DNA of 64,000 nucleotides from an uncultured Bacillota bacterium (GTDB lineage Bacteria; Bacillota_I; Bacilli_A; RFN20; CAG-288): NCBI GenBank assembly GCA_949282275.1, contig CASDOO010000010.1, positions 36,597 to 100,596 of the forward strand, read 5' to 3'. Shown piece by piece: positions 63,568 to 64,000 of this stretch (position 1 is its first letter; each line of letters starts with the position of its first letter). The notes under the pieces were generated by a model. It saw only the letters and a program-made list of their open reading frames with translations, ran no database searches and was not told where the DNA came from. The position numbers and the translations under genes were made by a program.

Positions 63568-64000
63568 CTAGTCGTTGTCCGCTTCATCTGCCTTGCGGGA
63601 AAGATCGAAGACGAAGTTGCATTCCATGTAGCTCTTTCCGAATCCGAAGAGATCGGAGAAGGTCCCCATGCCGAGGCGGGAAGACTTGAGACGTTCCTTT
63701 TCGATCGGGACCTTATCGAGAATTTCCGGACCGATATGGACCGTCCTTTTGATGGTCGAATTGATGACCGTCGTCAGGTTCAGGTCATAGCGTATGGCAT
63801 TGAGATCGACATTCTTTGTTTCGGAATAGAGGCGATCGAAGGAATAGTGGCAAAGTGCCAAAGGAATCTCGACTTCATCCAGGACCACGATGGCATCCAT
63901 CCCACCTCTTTTCTTGAATTGGGAGCGATAGGAATTGAGCAGGATGGCGTAGTCGAAGGCTTCCTTGTAGGCGTTTGGCTGGGTGCCGTCGAAGGTCAGG
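63568..64000 (-). CDS. Hypothetical protein, 5'-partial (N-terminus beyond the window end).
   Basis: The reading frame stays open to position 64000 on the minus strand. No family recognised. Confidence 0.4.
   Translation of the reverse strand, partial: LTFDGTQPNAYKEAFDYAILLNSYRSQFKKRGGMDAIVVLDEVEIPLALCHYSFDRLYSETKNVDLNAIRYDLNLTTVINSTIKRTVHIGPEILDKVPIEKERLKSSRLGMGTFSDLFGFGKSYMECNFVFDLSRKADEADND

Overview
This 64 kb window looks like a housekeeping stretch of a Bacillota (Firmicutes) chromosome, roughly 50% GC. Supporting cues are a lipoprotein lipobox, hprK-lgt, whiA, a CIRCE element upstream of groES, an AgrC-like/LytTR two-component pair, and many proteins with K/E-rich C-terminal tails. 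The order and class are my guess and I cannot pin the genus. Most genes are recognisable:

- Core functions: uvrB (5'-partial), ksgA-rnmV-tatD-mnmE, a maltose-acetyltransferase-like gene, eno, ftsH, lemA, tsaC, rpiB, vsr, a NUDIX hydrolase, feoAB, pfk, groES/groEL, an SDR oxidoreductase, psuG, an aldose epimerase, ung, tdk, a P-type ATPase, ferritin, tpiA-pgk-gap, a GH3 beta-glucosidase, whiA, trxB, a HAD hydrolase, lgt, hprK, uvrA, an M18 aminopeptidase, a GT2 transferase and pepT.
- Envelope-glycan genes: a Wzy_C-like protein divergent from a 1138-aa YfhO-like protein, a sugar phosphotransferase followed by an O-antigen-ligase-like protein, and a GtrB-like GT2.

The most interesting region is a small A+T-rich islet at about 26.2-28.1 kb, inserted between pfk and groEL. 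It carries a two-gene operon (a DUF3990 protein, then an uncharacterised-domain/XRE-HTH fusion) preceded by a perfect 24-bp palindrome. From the DUF3990 N-terminal H-G-S ... G-F-Y-x-T signature I infer a diphtheria-toxin/PARP/DarT-like ADP-ribosyltransferase fold. I therefore propose an undescribed toxin-antitoxin or defence module laid out like MqsRA/HigBA, with the toxin first and an HTH antitoxin repressing its own palindromic operator.

Other items worth a second look:
- An in-frame TGA interrupts the LytTR response regulator of the AgrC-like pair.
- A decayed COG2865 (Schlafen/AlbA-like ATPase-HTH) pseudogene sits in a second A+T-rich patch.
- A large surface lipoprotein carries three OB-fold-like modules.
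- vsr is co-transcribed with the NUDIX gene and has no dcm partner in the window.
- A Fur-box-like inverted repeat overlaps the feoAB promoter.

The many long antisense ORFs opposite real genes are codon-bias artefacts and I ignored them. I found no tRNA, rRNA or CRISPR arrays.
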